In this document: piece after piece, positions 13,263-27,357 of the stretch
Layout of the letters: each line of letters opens with the position of its first letter
How positions within the stretch are numbered: position 1 is the first letter of the stretch
Origin: Oopsacas minuta
Taxonomy: Eukaryota > Animalia > Porifera
NCBI GenBank assembly: GCA_024704765.1
Contig: JAKMXF010000077.1
Coordinates: 1 to 64,000 of the forward strand
Direction of reading: 5' to 3'
DNA: 64,000 nt
The notes under the pieces: model-generated
What the model was told of the DNA's origin: nothing
Seen by the model: the letters and a program-made list of their open reading frames with translations, nothing else
Database searches by the model: none
Made by a program: the position numbers and the translations under genes

Positions 13263-13970
13263 ATGTACAATTCTCAAGGCAATGAATATTTTTATAAACT
13301 ACCTTTGAAATTGGGTTTAGATGATGGCAGAGGATTTTTAAGGCTGCTAATATCTGAGAGGTTGATCAACAGTGTGAACGAAGTTTGCTATTTATGGATT
13401 GTCCAGCTTCCTGAATCTGAACATAGATTTCTACCAATTTCTAGGACGAACAGATACAATTGTGATTTTCTGAATATAATATTTCACTTACAGTAGATCT
13501 GGAAGCAGCTCGATTGCTTGTGGTAGTATGATTGGACGGTTTCCATTTATTTATTGTAATTGGGATGTAAACACTTATCTCACCAAAACTCACCATTCTG
13601 ATCTTGTCGTTAGAAATAGCGCCCATCAAATGAAGATACAGTGTAAGCTTCATACCCGTTTTCTTGGCAATTCAACATAATAGAAGGAATGAGGGTGTTA
13701 ACAATCCACCTGTCATAGTGAAATGGGTTGAAACTGTACAACAAGATTATACCCACAATGTCGAACACGACTTAATATTCATAAAGAACTTAGTACACTT
13801 TTTCCACTGGTACTGGCATTGGATCACTGTCTGAACAAGGGTTTGAAAGTTCACATTCGAAATTCAAAAGGATTTGGGAATACAATACATATGCCATCTT
13901 GAATGCCAAACGTATCCTAAAAAATCTGTACTTCGCAGTATGTGATCTGATGTTTTGAATAATAGCCTAT
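13263..13970 (+). pseudogene. Chapaev-type transposase relic with internal deletions
   Basis: KLGLDDGRGFLRLLISERLINSVNEVCYLWIVQLPES aligns with KLGLDFGQGFLKVTIQPELSNSVSDLAIIWLSPVPEN of the 28-kb element. Manual translation also gives LTVDLEAA..CGSMIGRFPFIYCNW (~13485-13565), EGVNNPPV, GIGSLSEQGFESSHSKFKRIW (~13815-13880) and LYFAVCD. No termini were found. Confidence 0.75.
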
Positions 13971-15446
13971 CGAAAATTTAGGTGTTTGCATCTTATAGTC
14001 TGGAATTGATCCAAATACTTATGAATTATTCATTCATCCAAATACGACCGGGAGAATATGTGATTTATGATTTCAAAAGGGTGGTGAAATCTTGAATTTT
14101 TTCCGTAAAATCGTAGTCAAGTGCCAGAATTTTATGAATTAATTGTAAATTTATTACAAACAGTTTCCTACAATCATAAACTGGGAATAATACCGGTGTT
14201 GTTCCAGTTTTTTGTTAATTCATCCTATCAATTAGCAGAGTGATAAATCGTGTAAAATTATCGTTCAACGAAGTTGTAAATTATCGCTACGAACGTAACA
14301 CTACGGCCGTAATCGTTTAATACTCCTGAAATATTCATTTAATACTACTGAATTAGGTATTCAATACTCCTGAATTATTTACATAGTTGATTCCTGTATT
14401 AGTTGTCAAGCCCTGAAGAAGAAAAAAAATAAATACAAAGAATCTGATTTCGATTTTATTAATTTTTACTTTCTTTTTTGTTTCTTTTATTTTCTCGGGC
14501 AAAATCAGCGAAATATTTCCAGCACGTGATTATTTCGCCTGTCTACTAGACTAGTTACTACGTCAACTTTTCAATTTTCCACAACTCGTAAAAGGGTTAT
14601 ACGACAATAAGCCATAATATAATGTTAATTTGTTCCTAGGGGAGGGGCGAACAGTCTCGGAACTAGTTCAAAGATTACTCTACGCAAAACACACACACAC
14701 ACACAATTTATCTCTCTATCCTTCCAATCGTTGCGTAAACATTAAATTTTTTAATTCAAATTTTCACCTATTCAAATTTGTTTAGATGATATTAGATCAT
14801 GTGACCAAGATATGTGGAGATCGATTGAAAGAAAATCATCTATACCTTCCTGGGTGTTATCGGACCTTTGTGGTAGGCACTTGTTCTAAGAGGTGACAAA
14901 TTGTATTTTCCGAATGATGACTTCCCCACAAATATCTTGTTTTCAATCTTTCTGACTATCCCTGAGTTTTGATTGGTGAGTTATTCTACCCAATCTAACT
15001 GAAATCTCCACACTAATATCCCTTTGATCTGACAGGTGGCACATTTTATTCAATCTGGCTTAATATCCCTGGCTTCTGACAGGTTACAAAAATTCTTCAA
15101 TCTTTTTACATACTTCACCCTAATCTCCATTGCGACATGGCTTATTAAATCTGGCTTACCCTCCACTCTAATATCTTTGGTTTATGTAGGTGGTAAGTTT
15201 TATTATAACTAGCTGACCCTCTCCATACTAATATCCAATGTTACACAAGAGATTGAGCGAGCGCTGCATCTGAGATATTCATAGGGCGCGAACTGAAGGA
15301 AGCGCAACCCAAGCCCGCTTTCGCATCCAATTTTATTACAAATTTCGCAATTTATTCTCATTAATAAATACGGAATTATCATTCCGACGACTAGTAATGA
15401 CTCACTAGAACACTTTTAAAACTGACTTTATTTCTCGGTTTGATTA

Positions 15447-17671
15447 CACAGGCCTACAAAAAATGTTATATTGTAGTTGTTTATCTTTTTGATCACTGAT
15501 TTAGACTAATTTAGGTGCGCTGATTCTGAATATCTTTCAATTTTTTCTTATCACGTCAGGTTTTTCACAACCATATAGCTACATTTTCAGAAAAAATTCG
15601 ATTTTTACCAAAAATTCATCATGATTACATATTACAACAATAGCATTATGTACATAGTATATGTTCAGATAGTCTTATTTGCTTATTGGTTCTAGCTAGT
15701 CTTGTTACTCTTTTTTGTTGATATGTCGAAAAGAAAGTGTTTCAATTCTCCAGACAATTTTTGTTATATTTATGGTTTCTATACTCCGAAACCTCAGATG
15801 CAAAATATTACTGAATTTGTGAATAGAGCTTACCATGCGTATACAAAGTTAAGCTGGACGACCGGGACAAAAGTTGGGCACCTCATATGGTCTGTAAATC
15901 TTGTGTAGAATTATTGAGGTCTTGGAGTAAGGGTAAAGAGAAACACCTCCCTTTCGGAATTCCTATGATTTGGAGAGAATCAAAAAATCATTTCGATGAT
16001 TGTTATTTCTGCATGGTAAATGTTATGGGCTGCAAAAAGAGTGACAGACACCTGCTGAATTACCCAAATTTAGAATCTGCTATTCGACCAGTCCCTCATT
16101 GTAGTGATCTACCTGTACCAATATTCACAGAGTTTTTGGACTCTATGATGATGAAGATGGTGCCAATTCGGAAGAAGTCAATGATCATAACTGTGAATAT
16201 GATGTTGATTTTCAAGGTCCTTCCTCGGAGCCCTCTCTCTTTAACCAAGCGGAATTGAATGATGTAATTCGTGACCTTGACCTCTCGAAAGAGTTGCTTG
16301 CATCTAGATTGAAAGAAAATAATCTACTCCATCAAGGAACAAAGGTAACATTATATTGTTACAGGGAGCAAGAGTTTCAACAGTATTTCTGCGAAAAGAA
16401 TGGTTGGTGTTTTGTCCAAATGTTGAGGGTCTTCTACTGGCAATGGGAGTTCCGAACTACAATCCAAGTCACTGGAGGCTGTTTATTGACAGCTCCAAAA
16501 GGGGTCTAAAATGTGTACTACTCCATAATGGAAATATATTCGGTCAATTCCTATAGGATATTCAGTAAACTCAAAGAGGAGTACAATAATGTGAAAGAGA
16601 TATTAGAGATTATTAACTACTCTGCACATGATTGGGTCACCTGCGTTCATCCCCAAATGGTCAACTTTCTATTAGGACAACAATCTGAGTTCACTAAGAC
16701 CCTTGTTTTCTTTGTTATTGGGACAGTAGAGATAGGAACCAGTATTGGATAAGGGAAAAGTGGCGTCCGAGAGAGTGTTTGAAAGTTGGGGACAAAAATG
16801 TAATTAATAACCCTCTGGTACATACAAATAAAATAATTCTACCTCTTCTCCACATTAAGCTTGGTTTAATGCAGCAATTCATCAAAGCACTGGATAAATA
16901 CAGATATTGTTTCAAGTATATCCGAAATTATTTTCCAGAAATCAGTGAAGAGAAGAAAAAGGCAGGGATATTTGAGGGTCCACAGATTCGCAAGTTACTT
17001 AGGGACAACAGCTTCAAAGATTCAGTGAACGAGGAAGAGAAGAGAGCGTGGCAGGCTTTCTCTAATGTCGTTTCTAATTTCCTTGCTAATAAAAGGCATC
17101 CAACTACAAAGAACTAGTCACGGAGTTAGTCGACAGCTATCATGCTCTTGGCTGTAATATGAGTATTAAAATTCATTATTTGAGAGACCATCTTGATAGA
17201 TTTCCGGATATTCTAGGTGATATGAGTGAAGAACAAGATGAACGATTCCATCAAGACATAAAAGTGATGGAATAGCGATATCAAGGAAGATGGGACACAC
17301 ATATGATGGCAGATTACTGTTGGTGCCTAAAAGAGATTGTCCTAACGAACAACATTCAAGAAAGTCAAACAAGAGAAATTTTAGATTGAATAGTACTCAT
17401 ATTACATGTTTATAGTATCACTTTCTTCCATTCATACTAGTAACAATTATATCATTATTCTTAGTGAATGAAATATTGATATTTTCAGAAATTCAATTGA
17501 TCCAATCAAACATATAGGGGTTGAAACCAATTTTGTTCAATAAATGTAGTAATAGGATTGTGAGATAACTTGACGTATTAGGGAGAAACTGACTAAATAA
17601 TCGGAATCAACAACACAGAATTAGTATATATCAGTTGACAAAATCAATACAACTAAAAGTGTAGGACTGTG
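15447..17671 (+). mobile_element. Chapaev3-like DNA transposon, full length, transposase degraded
   Basis: Imperfect TIRs of ~110-130 bp start CACAGGCCTACA (15447) and end TGTAGGACTGTG (17671). Flanks are TTA/TCA, close to the TWA 3-bp TSD of Chapaev3. Confidence 0.85.
15723..17330 (+). pseudogene. Chapaev3-like transposase
   Basis: MSKRKCFNSPDNFCYIY, PFGIPMIWRESKNHFDDCYFC, WRLFIDSSKRGLKC, MVNFLLGQQS, ILPLLHIKLGLMQQFIKAL, AGIFEGPQIRKL, NMSIKIHY, and MSEEQDERFHQDIK..YQGRWD. Multiple frameshifts. Confidence 0.88.
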
Positions 17672-18764
17672 TCATCAAAAATGTGTGAAATTTTTAAATT
17701 TAGAAAATTTACAACTTAGGTGCAAATCTCCGACCCAAAATGCACATGTGTACCAATTTTCAAATGAATCGGACCTCTAGATTTCGCACGCCCAGAGGAC
17801 TGACAGACGGAAGTCAATATCGTCGATGTAGTTAAGTCATCTGCTTATATGACCTGCACTAATTATCACTTACTTAAATCGATTTGCATTGTATTTATCC
17901 TGCTCTGTGGCCAGAGTAGCATCACACTCAAAGATGGGACAGTACGCCCTAGTACAACGAGGGAAGAGCCCGGAAGGACAACTCACCATAGTCCCACGAG
18001 TTTGGGGTTTTCACTTTATGGGTAAGTGCAATGAAAATCTAGGAGTGCCCTACGCTCTTTTAGTTGCATGGTCTTTGATAAATGTATACTTAGGAGTGTG
18101 AAAATTGAGGATTTTTGCGTATAACGAACAAGAATTTAAGGAACTAGGCTTCTCAAAATTCCGAAGAAGCGCAAGGAGCGTGTCCAGAGAACACGGTATT
18201 ATCCCATTGGTAGGTTCCGGAGGGACACATGGCCTATTTCACAAGTAAATACATTATTCATTACCCTGAACAAAGCATAAATTAATACAAGAGCAGCTCT
18301 CTTCCAATACGTAAATCCAATCTCTGAGTTGGTGCAGAATCCTGACAAACCTTCCCTGCACAAATGCAAAAAAAATAGATCCGGTCAGTGTCTAAGAGTC
18401 ACAGATTGGCTATTATCACCTGACAGGCGGTGACAATAGCCACTTTCATAACAAAATACAATCATAAGTTTTTCATATAATATTTGTAGCCTAGAAACTT
18501 TGAAACAAAATTCATATACATGTAATATATCTATAAATTGACCTGGAGCTTCGGGATATGGAAATGATCGATCTTTTGAATTTTGTACTATGGATTGTAA
18601 ATATCCAAACAATAATGATCAAATTATATCTGTATATACAAATAATCATGAAAATCGAAGAGTGAAAGTGGAGCAATCGAAAATGACCTCTTGTGAAGTA
18701 TATATTTCGAAATATCTATATATGTCCTTTCTTCTAATGCTTTGCATTTTGAAAAAATTAAAAG

Positions 18765-19000
18765 CATTAGACGAAAGGACAAAGCTTCTATATATGGATT
18801 CATATATTCTCTCCATCATAATTCAGGAGATACACTACAATGGAGCTGTAAAAGCTCAGAACTTGTAATGAAAGATTACATACGCAGCATGATCTTGTTG
18901 TCAAATCAGAAAATTTCGGAAGCTATCAAACTACCCATACTCATGGACCAGATCTTTCTCGAGTAGAAATGATAAAGGATGCAGTGAAATAAAGCAACAG
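18765..19000 (+). pseudogene. FLYWCH zinc-finger relic, probably the N-terminus of a MULE transposase
   Basis: GFIYSLHHNSGDTLQWSCK, then after a frameshift LHTQHDLVVK...THTHGPDLSRVE. This fits the FLYWCH layout G-F/Y-x-Y...W-x-C...H-x-H. Confidence 0.5.
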
Positions 19001-20486
19001 GCCAAGGATTCTGAGCTTGTTTCAGGATCTATTCTTCCAACAGGTGTTCAGAAACTTCACCCATCCTCTATTGCTAAGTTTCCTGAAGTGTATTCCTTCA
19101 ACTTATATTTATTCTTTCAAACACATTTATGTATATATATATATATGTATATATATTAAGCATAAGTATTGGTAACAACCTAATTCTATGGAACGATATT
19201 CCATGGACGAGTTTCTGCAATTAGATCTCTTCGCATAATAGGCATGATTCTGTACTATAAATATTTGGACATTTAAGTATCTTACTTACTGTACTGTATG
19301 TATTGTGTAGAGGACCCTATGGAAGATCATTTTTGTGAATATACCTTCCCTTTAAATATAGACATTCATTCTTTCATTCAAATGTTCATCTGTAACATTT
19401 AGTTATCTTACAATCCATATTGATCACGTCAATATTTATTTGTATAATGCACTTCTTCCTTTCCAACGAAGTGTATGACATCTAGCATTTTGATGTAATA
19501 TACTCAATTCCTAACACCCTCCCAAACCACATTAGCTATTGTAACGATAAAGCTGAACATAACTATTATTTATGAGCACTATCTGAAGCTTTCCATGCCG
19601 CCAAAATTTGCCATTTGGGACGCAATTTGCCAAACCCTGTTATGTATTCAACATTGTATATATCAATTATTTTATACATAGTATAATTTACCCCCGCGGA
19701 AATAAATGTCACCCATAATAGGGAGGCATGAATATTTGAGGCCTACCGATATCTTCAATTCTCATATCTGACAACCAGGGAGCCTAAGGTTGGATATTCA
19801 CGACCTAAAAGAAGGTATCTTAACCCTTTAATACATGTAATTGACATCCAAAGGAAATTGTGCAAATATCATGGGGAAATATTATAATAAGATCATTTTG
19901 TAATAATAAACAGCAAAATTAAAAAATATAATACCATTGTATCCACACACATGGACTTCCAAAATTTCAATATGATGTCCAAAATACATTAAGTCACCAC
20001 ATATAATCACATAAAACAGTTACACAAATTACTTCACATAACTACTGCACTAACAACTTGATCTAATAAACCATCACAATGTAAGAAAAATATAAGATTA
20101 CGTTTATGAGCTCCTCTTGTAAATTCGATTTAATAAGTCCAAAAATAGCTGTTTTGGTAAAGAAGTACATTTCGCCTCAATCAAAAGTGAAATTTCATCA
20201 TAACTTGAATTTTCATAATCTTTGAAAATAGTTGGAATACCCAAATTTAAATACATATCTTTAATTATTTGAACAGAATCTTTACTTTCAACTCCATAAT
20301 TATCCTAAAGGAAGTTAGAATGTAAACATTAATTCAACACATATATATTCCGAAAAAGTTAGACAGGGTGAAAGTAAGCTGTTGACTTTGGACTAGGGAT
20401 ACGTTAGCCGGTATAAAAATTCTATATGAGCTCTATATTGCATATTTAGAGCAACAAATTATCAAACAGTATATACTAAAATATTT

Positions 20487-21752
20487 CAGGGTGACAATAA
20501 AGTTCTGTTACATTCGAATTTGCGACTACGAAACTATTCAAGAAATATCATTCAAATTTCTCTTGAATATTAGTTAGATAGTGCCGAATCATTCTACAAA
20601 TGATTATTCAATTTAGGCACATTTATTCGTAATTACGGAATGTATTCGTGTCCTAAATTAGGACGGCGAATCGGAGGTCTTCTTGTGGCATGTTATTCCA
20701 TTATCTGGTTAAAGCTTTCAGTAGCGACGCAAAATTTATGGGGTTTAGCAAAAGCCCTCTTTTCGAAAATACCCCACACAGAATATTCCACTTGATTGAG
20801 GTCGGGCTGGAAGGTGGCCATTCCTACAACGACAAAAAATGATATTTAGCCGTCTGAGCAGGGACTGATTTGCATTCGAGGCATGCGCTGGATCTGAGTC
20901 CTTTGGAATATCAATGCCTGATTTTTGAATAGGCGTCGACCTGCATCTTTGAGTTCCGGCTCGAGTATTAACTTCCTGTATGTTTCTGAGTTTATTTTAC
21001 TCATTCGGGATACAAATCAAAATTGTCCCCAAATTCGTTGTCACTCCTCCCCAAACCATAACAGATTGAGGTTTCTGGACTCGATCAACAAATTTAACCT
21101 CTTCAGGATCTGTTTAGCGGTAGTAGATAAAATCCTGTGATTTTGACGGTTCGTGGGTTCCTCTACAATGAAATTGTTTTCATCGGAAAAAAGAACTTTA
21201 CAAAATCTTGGGGTGCGAGCCGCAGGAGGAGCCCCTTGAAACTATCGAGTCTCTCTCGACGAATTGAGGGTGTCAGAAGATATACCGTAGTCCCAAGCCT
21301 GACGTATGAATTTTCTAGCGATTCAGGGTAAATTTCCTATTCCTTCGCCATTTTTCGTATCGTGCGTCTGGGATTTCGTGCAATTCGACTTCTCACTGCC
21401 TTCCTGAGTCGGATGGATCTAGCGGTGGGTAGTCTGCCTGAGCGTGCATCGTCAGTATGCTACAGTATCTTTATATCGTTCTATGGTTAGATCTTCCAGC
21501 ATTCTATTCACTCTCATTTTCAGCTTCTTCAAAATTTCAGTTTTACTGGACAATTAATGAGTAAATGATTTTGGACCTTGCATCTACCATGATGAAGAAA
21601 AAGGTACCAGATGCTAAACAGTATCAAATCCTATTGTAAATCAACTAAAACCAAGTGAAGTTAACGAAAAAGACTGGTGATTAGGGTTGTACTGTAAACA
21701 TAGTAGTTAGCGATTGTACCAATCAATCTAACATAACTTAATTGTCACCCTG
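20487..21752 (-). mobile_element. Tc1/mariner maT (DD37D-like) element, full length, degraded
   Basis: TIRs CAGGGTGACAAT(A/T)AAGTT(C/A)TGTTA at 20487 and ending at 21752 (TA on the right, TT on the left). Minus-strand translation gives DARSGRLPTARSIRLRKAVRSRIARNPRRTIRKMAKE and WPP-SPDLNQVEYSVWG. Related to the 35.8-kb element. Confidence 0.82.
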
Positions 21753-24415
21753 TATGCGCCCTTTCGTAAGCTTTTTCGATCTATTTGGTATAATATTTAT
21801 TTTTGAGATACTTTAAATATTTTATTTTTCATCTCAAAGTGAATATAGGATTTCCCAGAACATGCGACTGCGCAAATTCTTTTCGTGGGCAAATATTGCC
21901 AATTATCTTAATTTGTAGCATGGACAAATGTGGTGTGAATTTCAATAACAATATTATTCTAGAGGATCCTAATAATATTATCTTCACAGGTTTTGGAACT
22001 TTTGTCTGACTCGCTGCGATTATTCAGGGAAATATGATATATGGACAAAACTAACCTCTATAGATGCTTTTATGCAAATTCTATATCCAAAAATTTATAA
22101 TACAAACTGCTTCCTGGTTCATGAGTTACAGTAGTGACCAGGGATGACACATTTTTATGAAATTACAACTATATCTCGATATTCAATTTAATTATTCATC
22201 AAATCAGTATAACCAATTTGTAATATACATGACTTCCAATTCTCTGATTATATATTATGATATGATATCTTGGGATGTTATTGCGTATGTTTATACATTT
22301 CCATATAAGTGCATATTCACGATTACGTCCCAATGGTAAGATTATTATATAACAATGTATTTTAAGGGTAAAGAAAGTCAGGTTTGATTACAAATTGGCG
22401 ATCCGATTTTGGTCAAAATTTTAACGATTATTGAGCTATAACTGGATATATATTGGTTTAATTCCTGGTCACTACTGTAACTCAAGAATGAGCCAACTTT
22501 TGTATTACAAAATTTGGATAAATCGTATAATGGTATCTATAGATGAAATTATATATTCGTTTGAAATGAAAGATAAAAATTTATCGTTCCTCAAATTATC
22601 AAAGAATGATATATTTTCAAAATAAATGCTTACAAGACGCATATTTTGACATATTCCTGAAATATTTTGCATTTAATGGTTGATATTTTAATGCTCTACA
22701 AATATGCAATTCATTTATTCGGGCAAAAATGCGCAGTTTCCGTTATGTTGAACTCATATAAAATGTTCAGGATGGGCCAATGCATCCCTATTCAAAATCC
22801 ACAAGTTACTGTTAGACTTTATGTATACTAGGCTATGTATGCGTAAATAATAAAAGTTATTAGATGATTTCAAAGAAATATTGATTGAAAATGCATGGGT
22901 CATAAAGTTACAGAGTACAACCAGTGGAATGACTATACGGGACCTTGAGTGTAACTATATTCCGTATAATGACAGGCCTTCCATGATGCTCACTGGCCAA
23001 CGTCCTTCCACCAATGATCATAAGAACATAGAACCTTTTCCAGGCCATATAAGTGTTTGGATCTCTATCTAACATGGGGGGTCCTTTACCTAACATCGAG
23101 TTGAAGCATCAATATATAATAGCATTCAATGATAAAGGCATATTTTGGAGATACTTTCGAATGGTAACCCCTTTTTCTTGAGGCTCATAAATTTCCCGTA
23201 GCATTCGCCAAATTCAAAATTTGGTAGACTAGGATATGGACTCAGAGGGTAGAATTCAGCTAGTTTGGGGATCAAATGGATGGCTGATAGGATATCTACT
23301 CTACTTAATGACGCAATAGTGTTCATAAGTATTGAGTGACTGTAATAGCCGCGTTTTCTCCAAAAAGTAAATTAATGTGACAAAGTAGAATAAAGTGAGA
23401 TTGAGGCAAATGCGTGAGTATCTATCTCACCTAGCATCCGTGAGACTTCACACCTGGGCATTTTAACCCGGTTGAACGGAACATATACGATTAACGGAGA
23501 AATTTATACTCTTTATATGGTCCTGTTGCTGACAAAGTAACCCGAATAAATTTGGGTCTATTAAGCGGTGTCTATTCTATCTTATAAGTTTTAGAGAGCA
23601 ATTCTTCCTGACCTTTATCACTTACATATCAAGAGGGCCAGAAACCAAGTTCATGAAAGCATTTAATCCAATTGTTTTATGTCAGTAACATGCTGGATGC
23701 ACGCTTAACAACTATCTAGGGTACACCTATTTGGAATTACTGATCTAGCAAGATTCCACAGTAATAGAAAAATCATATTTAGGAAATATATTTGTTCGAA
23801 AGTATATAGTATATGGATAGTCGGGAGCAGAAAATAAAATAGATAAACCAAACAAAATTTCTGAAAATATCTCAACGATTTGAGATGAAATTATACACAC
23901 CATTCATTTACTATAAATTTCAATGCACTTATAGAATCTTTTAGGTAGTACCGGACTCCTGTAAAAGCTTAAAATCATTAATACATATGGAAATCAATTT
24001 TGAACGGCTTTTATAAAACACCTTATGATATTCCCCCCAAATGTATTATCTACCACATTTGAATTATGCAACCACGTACATTATAGTTTTATCAACATTT
24101 GCTATGTCGTCATCTAGCTACGTAATAGATGACTTGTATTTATGAATAATATAGTTCCTAACACTAACGGTAAAGTAGTTATTACATCACATATAATTGA
24201 TTAAGCATAAAGTTAGGTATACTAGATAACTTGTGTTCGAGATATATGCAAATAGTATTATTCATGATTAGGGAGTCACATATTGCAGATATATACTCGG
24301 GTCAAAGGTAAATGTCCATCATCCATATATTCCAGATATGTCTAGTATCTATTCTTTGATGACATGCAGAACATCAATTTTTCAATTTCCGTAAATATGT
24401 CAAAAACCATAAATC

Positions 24416-24530
24416 CGAGGTTCCCAAGTTTTTCACCCGTGAACTCCCATAGACTGCAATAGATCATGCGACCCCTCCTCTGGTCTGTGGACAACCAATT
24501 AGTCCATGGACCTCAGGTTGGGAACCGCTT
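24416..24530. mobile_element. Very short hAT-like MITE remnant
   Basis: CCGAGGTTCCCAAG... and ...GGACCTCAGGTTGGGAACCGCTTG resemble facing CAG(T/C)GGTTCCCAA hAT ends. No TSD. Confidence 0.3.
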
Positions 24531-25410
24531 GACGCAATTCTTTCAATTCGTCAACATAATAATCACTGTTTATGGTTGTCTGCTCATGAAACTAGTCGAG
24601 GTGTATAATTCCTTCCCTATCCCAAATACTGTTGCCATTCTCTTCCCTCTGATTCTTCGGCTTACTTTGATGAGTACAGGTTCATCACATATCTTCCACT
24701 GCTTCGATTGAGTTTTGCTCTCTGGTTCAAAATAATGAAACCAAGTTTCATCCCCCGTTACTATACGATCCAAAAAGTCTTCCTCTGCCTTGTATCTTGA
24801 AAGTAATTCTTTGCTAACTCTGACCCTTTCGCGTTTTTGTTCTTTTGAAAGAAGTTTTGGGACCCAACGCGCAGTTACCTTCGACATTTTCAGATCTTCA
24901 GTGATAATCGAATGTAGTGTGGCTCATGATATACCTACCCTCTCTTCTAACTCTCGCAGGGTTATTCTTCTGTCCTCGCCCAAAATTGTTTGGACCCTCT
25001 CGATATTACTGTGGGTTTTGAGGAAGTCCGACGACCTGGACGAGTGTCATCGTGGAGTTCCTCATCGCCATTATCAAAACGTTGGATCCATCTATATATG
25101 GTGGCGTTCGAAGGACATTCATCACCGAAAATATCCTGCATTTCACGAAGAATGTATGAGCCCGTCTTACCCTTTTTCCACATGTACCAAATTATTTGTC
25201 GTTTTCCTTCTTTGCTAAAATCCATTAGTTGAAAACAATAGCCTATACAAATGAAAATTTATACTGAAGAATATGCTAGTAGAGTGAAGAGTGTATTGTA
25301 TCGAAGTTAGACAATCAAGTTAGACTTGTAGTCTGATATTAGACTTAGAGCTGTATTAACTAGAATATGGATTCGATACATTAGTCACATTACTTATTTA
25401 ACAACCCTTG
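24530..25410 (-). mobile_element. mariner (Mos1-like) element, 3'-truncated
   Basis: 5' terminus TA|CAAGGGTTGTTAAATAAGTAATGTGACT at 25410 (minus strand). ORF 24962-25225 encodes a mariner HTH (ATIYRWIQRFDNG...DDTRPGR). ORF 24570-24887 has ARWVPKLLS and IVTGDETWFHYFEPESKTQSKQW. The second and third catalytic D regions are absent. Confidence 0.88.
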
Positions 25411-27357
25411 TACATATATATGTATATATAAGGGTACATCAGTTGTCCCGTTTTGTCCAAAAGCAAACATCGCTTACTACTATTTGCGATATTAAATGAA
25501 ATCCATTAGATTTCGTAGTACCACAATATATTTTGTAATTCTGCTTGTTTCTAGCGATTTTTGACAGGTTTTCGCCCAATATTGATGAAAAATGTAATTC
25601 GATCATTTCTGGATAACTGAAAACTTGGAATTGAGTATTGTGGGGGGTGTTTATGTCGGTAAGAATATTATTCCATAACCAATCTTGGACAGTTAAGGAG
25701 AAACTTGCGAAAATTGTTGTGTTGGCACGGGTATGATACATATCATCGATTAAAGCGATTTTCACAAATATTTTCTAAATTAGTACAACATTGGATATAA
25801 AAGTGGCAAATTAACAGACATAAAATTACTTGCAAACTACACAATTAGAAATTTCAGATTTCTAGCCATGCTCATCTTGATTATTCACCAAATTAGGTAG
25901 ATATGTGGAGAAAAACCACAAAAATCCAGCACCATTTTTAATTAAGATTGCGGTGCTACTCATCACTTGGATTTCGTTCAAATTGGATATGGTGAATAAA
26001 TATCGCATTAGGAACATAAAATGTAGCAAGCAAATTAAGTTTTCAAATAATAGGGGGAACTGTGACGAAAAAGAAGTTAGCAGCCAATTCAAATTAAATA
26101 AATGTGTTCACTTCAATCGCATAATTGGCCGACTTTCCGTATAGCTAGAGAAAATATCTTGATATTTTCGAAGTATAGCTTTGGTGGATTACGAAAATTC
26201 TTCAGAATTCAATAATATGTGTGATGACTTAGAATTGCGGTTTGAAAACATTTTTCCACACCTGTTAACTATAACGTGTTATTTGATGCTTCTCATTAAT
26301 TTTTTCCGACATAATATCGAGGGTAGGTGGTTTATGTGTATAAAATTTCTTTTACAAATATTCGTTACTTTTTGAAATATTATAATTTGAAGAATTCACC
26401 GAAGCAATTAGACTAGGGTCACTTTAGTCATTAATTTGGACTACTTATACTCGTCAGATTTAAAAGAAATTAGTATCATTGGAAAGAGGAGAGCTGAAAG
26501 TTTTAAGCAATATGTGTTGATTTTAAATCCTTTACCATTTTGGTTGAAATTTTAGGGTCAAGACTCCCTTGAATTTACCCACCTAAAAGTCAGAATTCAA
26601 TTCTGAAATTATATATACATACTTTGTGATATGGACTTTTATGAAAAATAATTTTTCACTAAAAGATTATAATAACTCGCGGAGCTAGAGGAATTCGATT
26701 TTTTATTCGGCAATGAGAGTGGTAGAGGATTAATCATATTCTACATAAAGTAGGGTCAGTTCAAACTCATGTTTCTTACCCTAAATCCGAATAAATTCCA
26801 ATATTTTTTATGCTACTCGATTGTTGAGTTAAAGAAGTTTATTACAATATCGATATTTTCGTGCAACACTAAATTACACTAGCAACGGCCTGCAAAAATC
26901 GATAAATTCTTTGGATCTTTGTGTAATACGAATTCTAACTTTGAGATCATTTCTTGAAGATATTTCCCTTCTGAACCCCTTCAAAATTTATTTATACCTT
27001 CTTTCGTAACTTATAATTCAATTTCCTTAAACAAGCGGGGTCGCAAGTACATTTTTAAACATTTGATGGAAATATATTTTGGAGGGTTCCTTTTCATTTT
27101 GAGTCAATTATAAACTTAATTCTTGTGCATACAAGTGAATGCGTACGTAACTAGCAACATTTGCGTCAATCCTATGGTATTTCTTTCAGAAGTACCATAT
27201 CTAATTTTATCCCAGCACCTAAATACATACTTATTGTCGTATGGCGGTAAATATATATGATTTAAGTAAGACTGCAGCAGTGTTCAATATTAGTTTCATT
27301 GTTTGCTATTCTATATTTACACTTGAATTCGAATTAAGAGACGATATGTTCCTTATT

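Noticed and set aside
21681-21696. GGGTTGTACTGTA as the partner end of the 41-kb Tigger-like element
   Set aside because: It is 19 kb away, faces outwards, and lies within the TIR-bounded maT element.
22880-23330. Short ORFs as host-gene exons
   Set aside because: No recognisable domain, consistent splice pattern or neighbouring exons.
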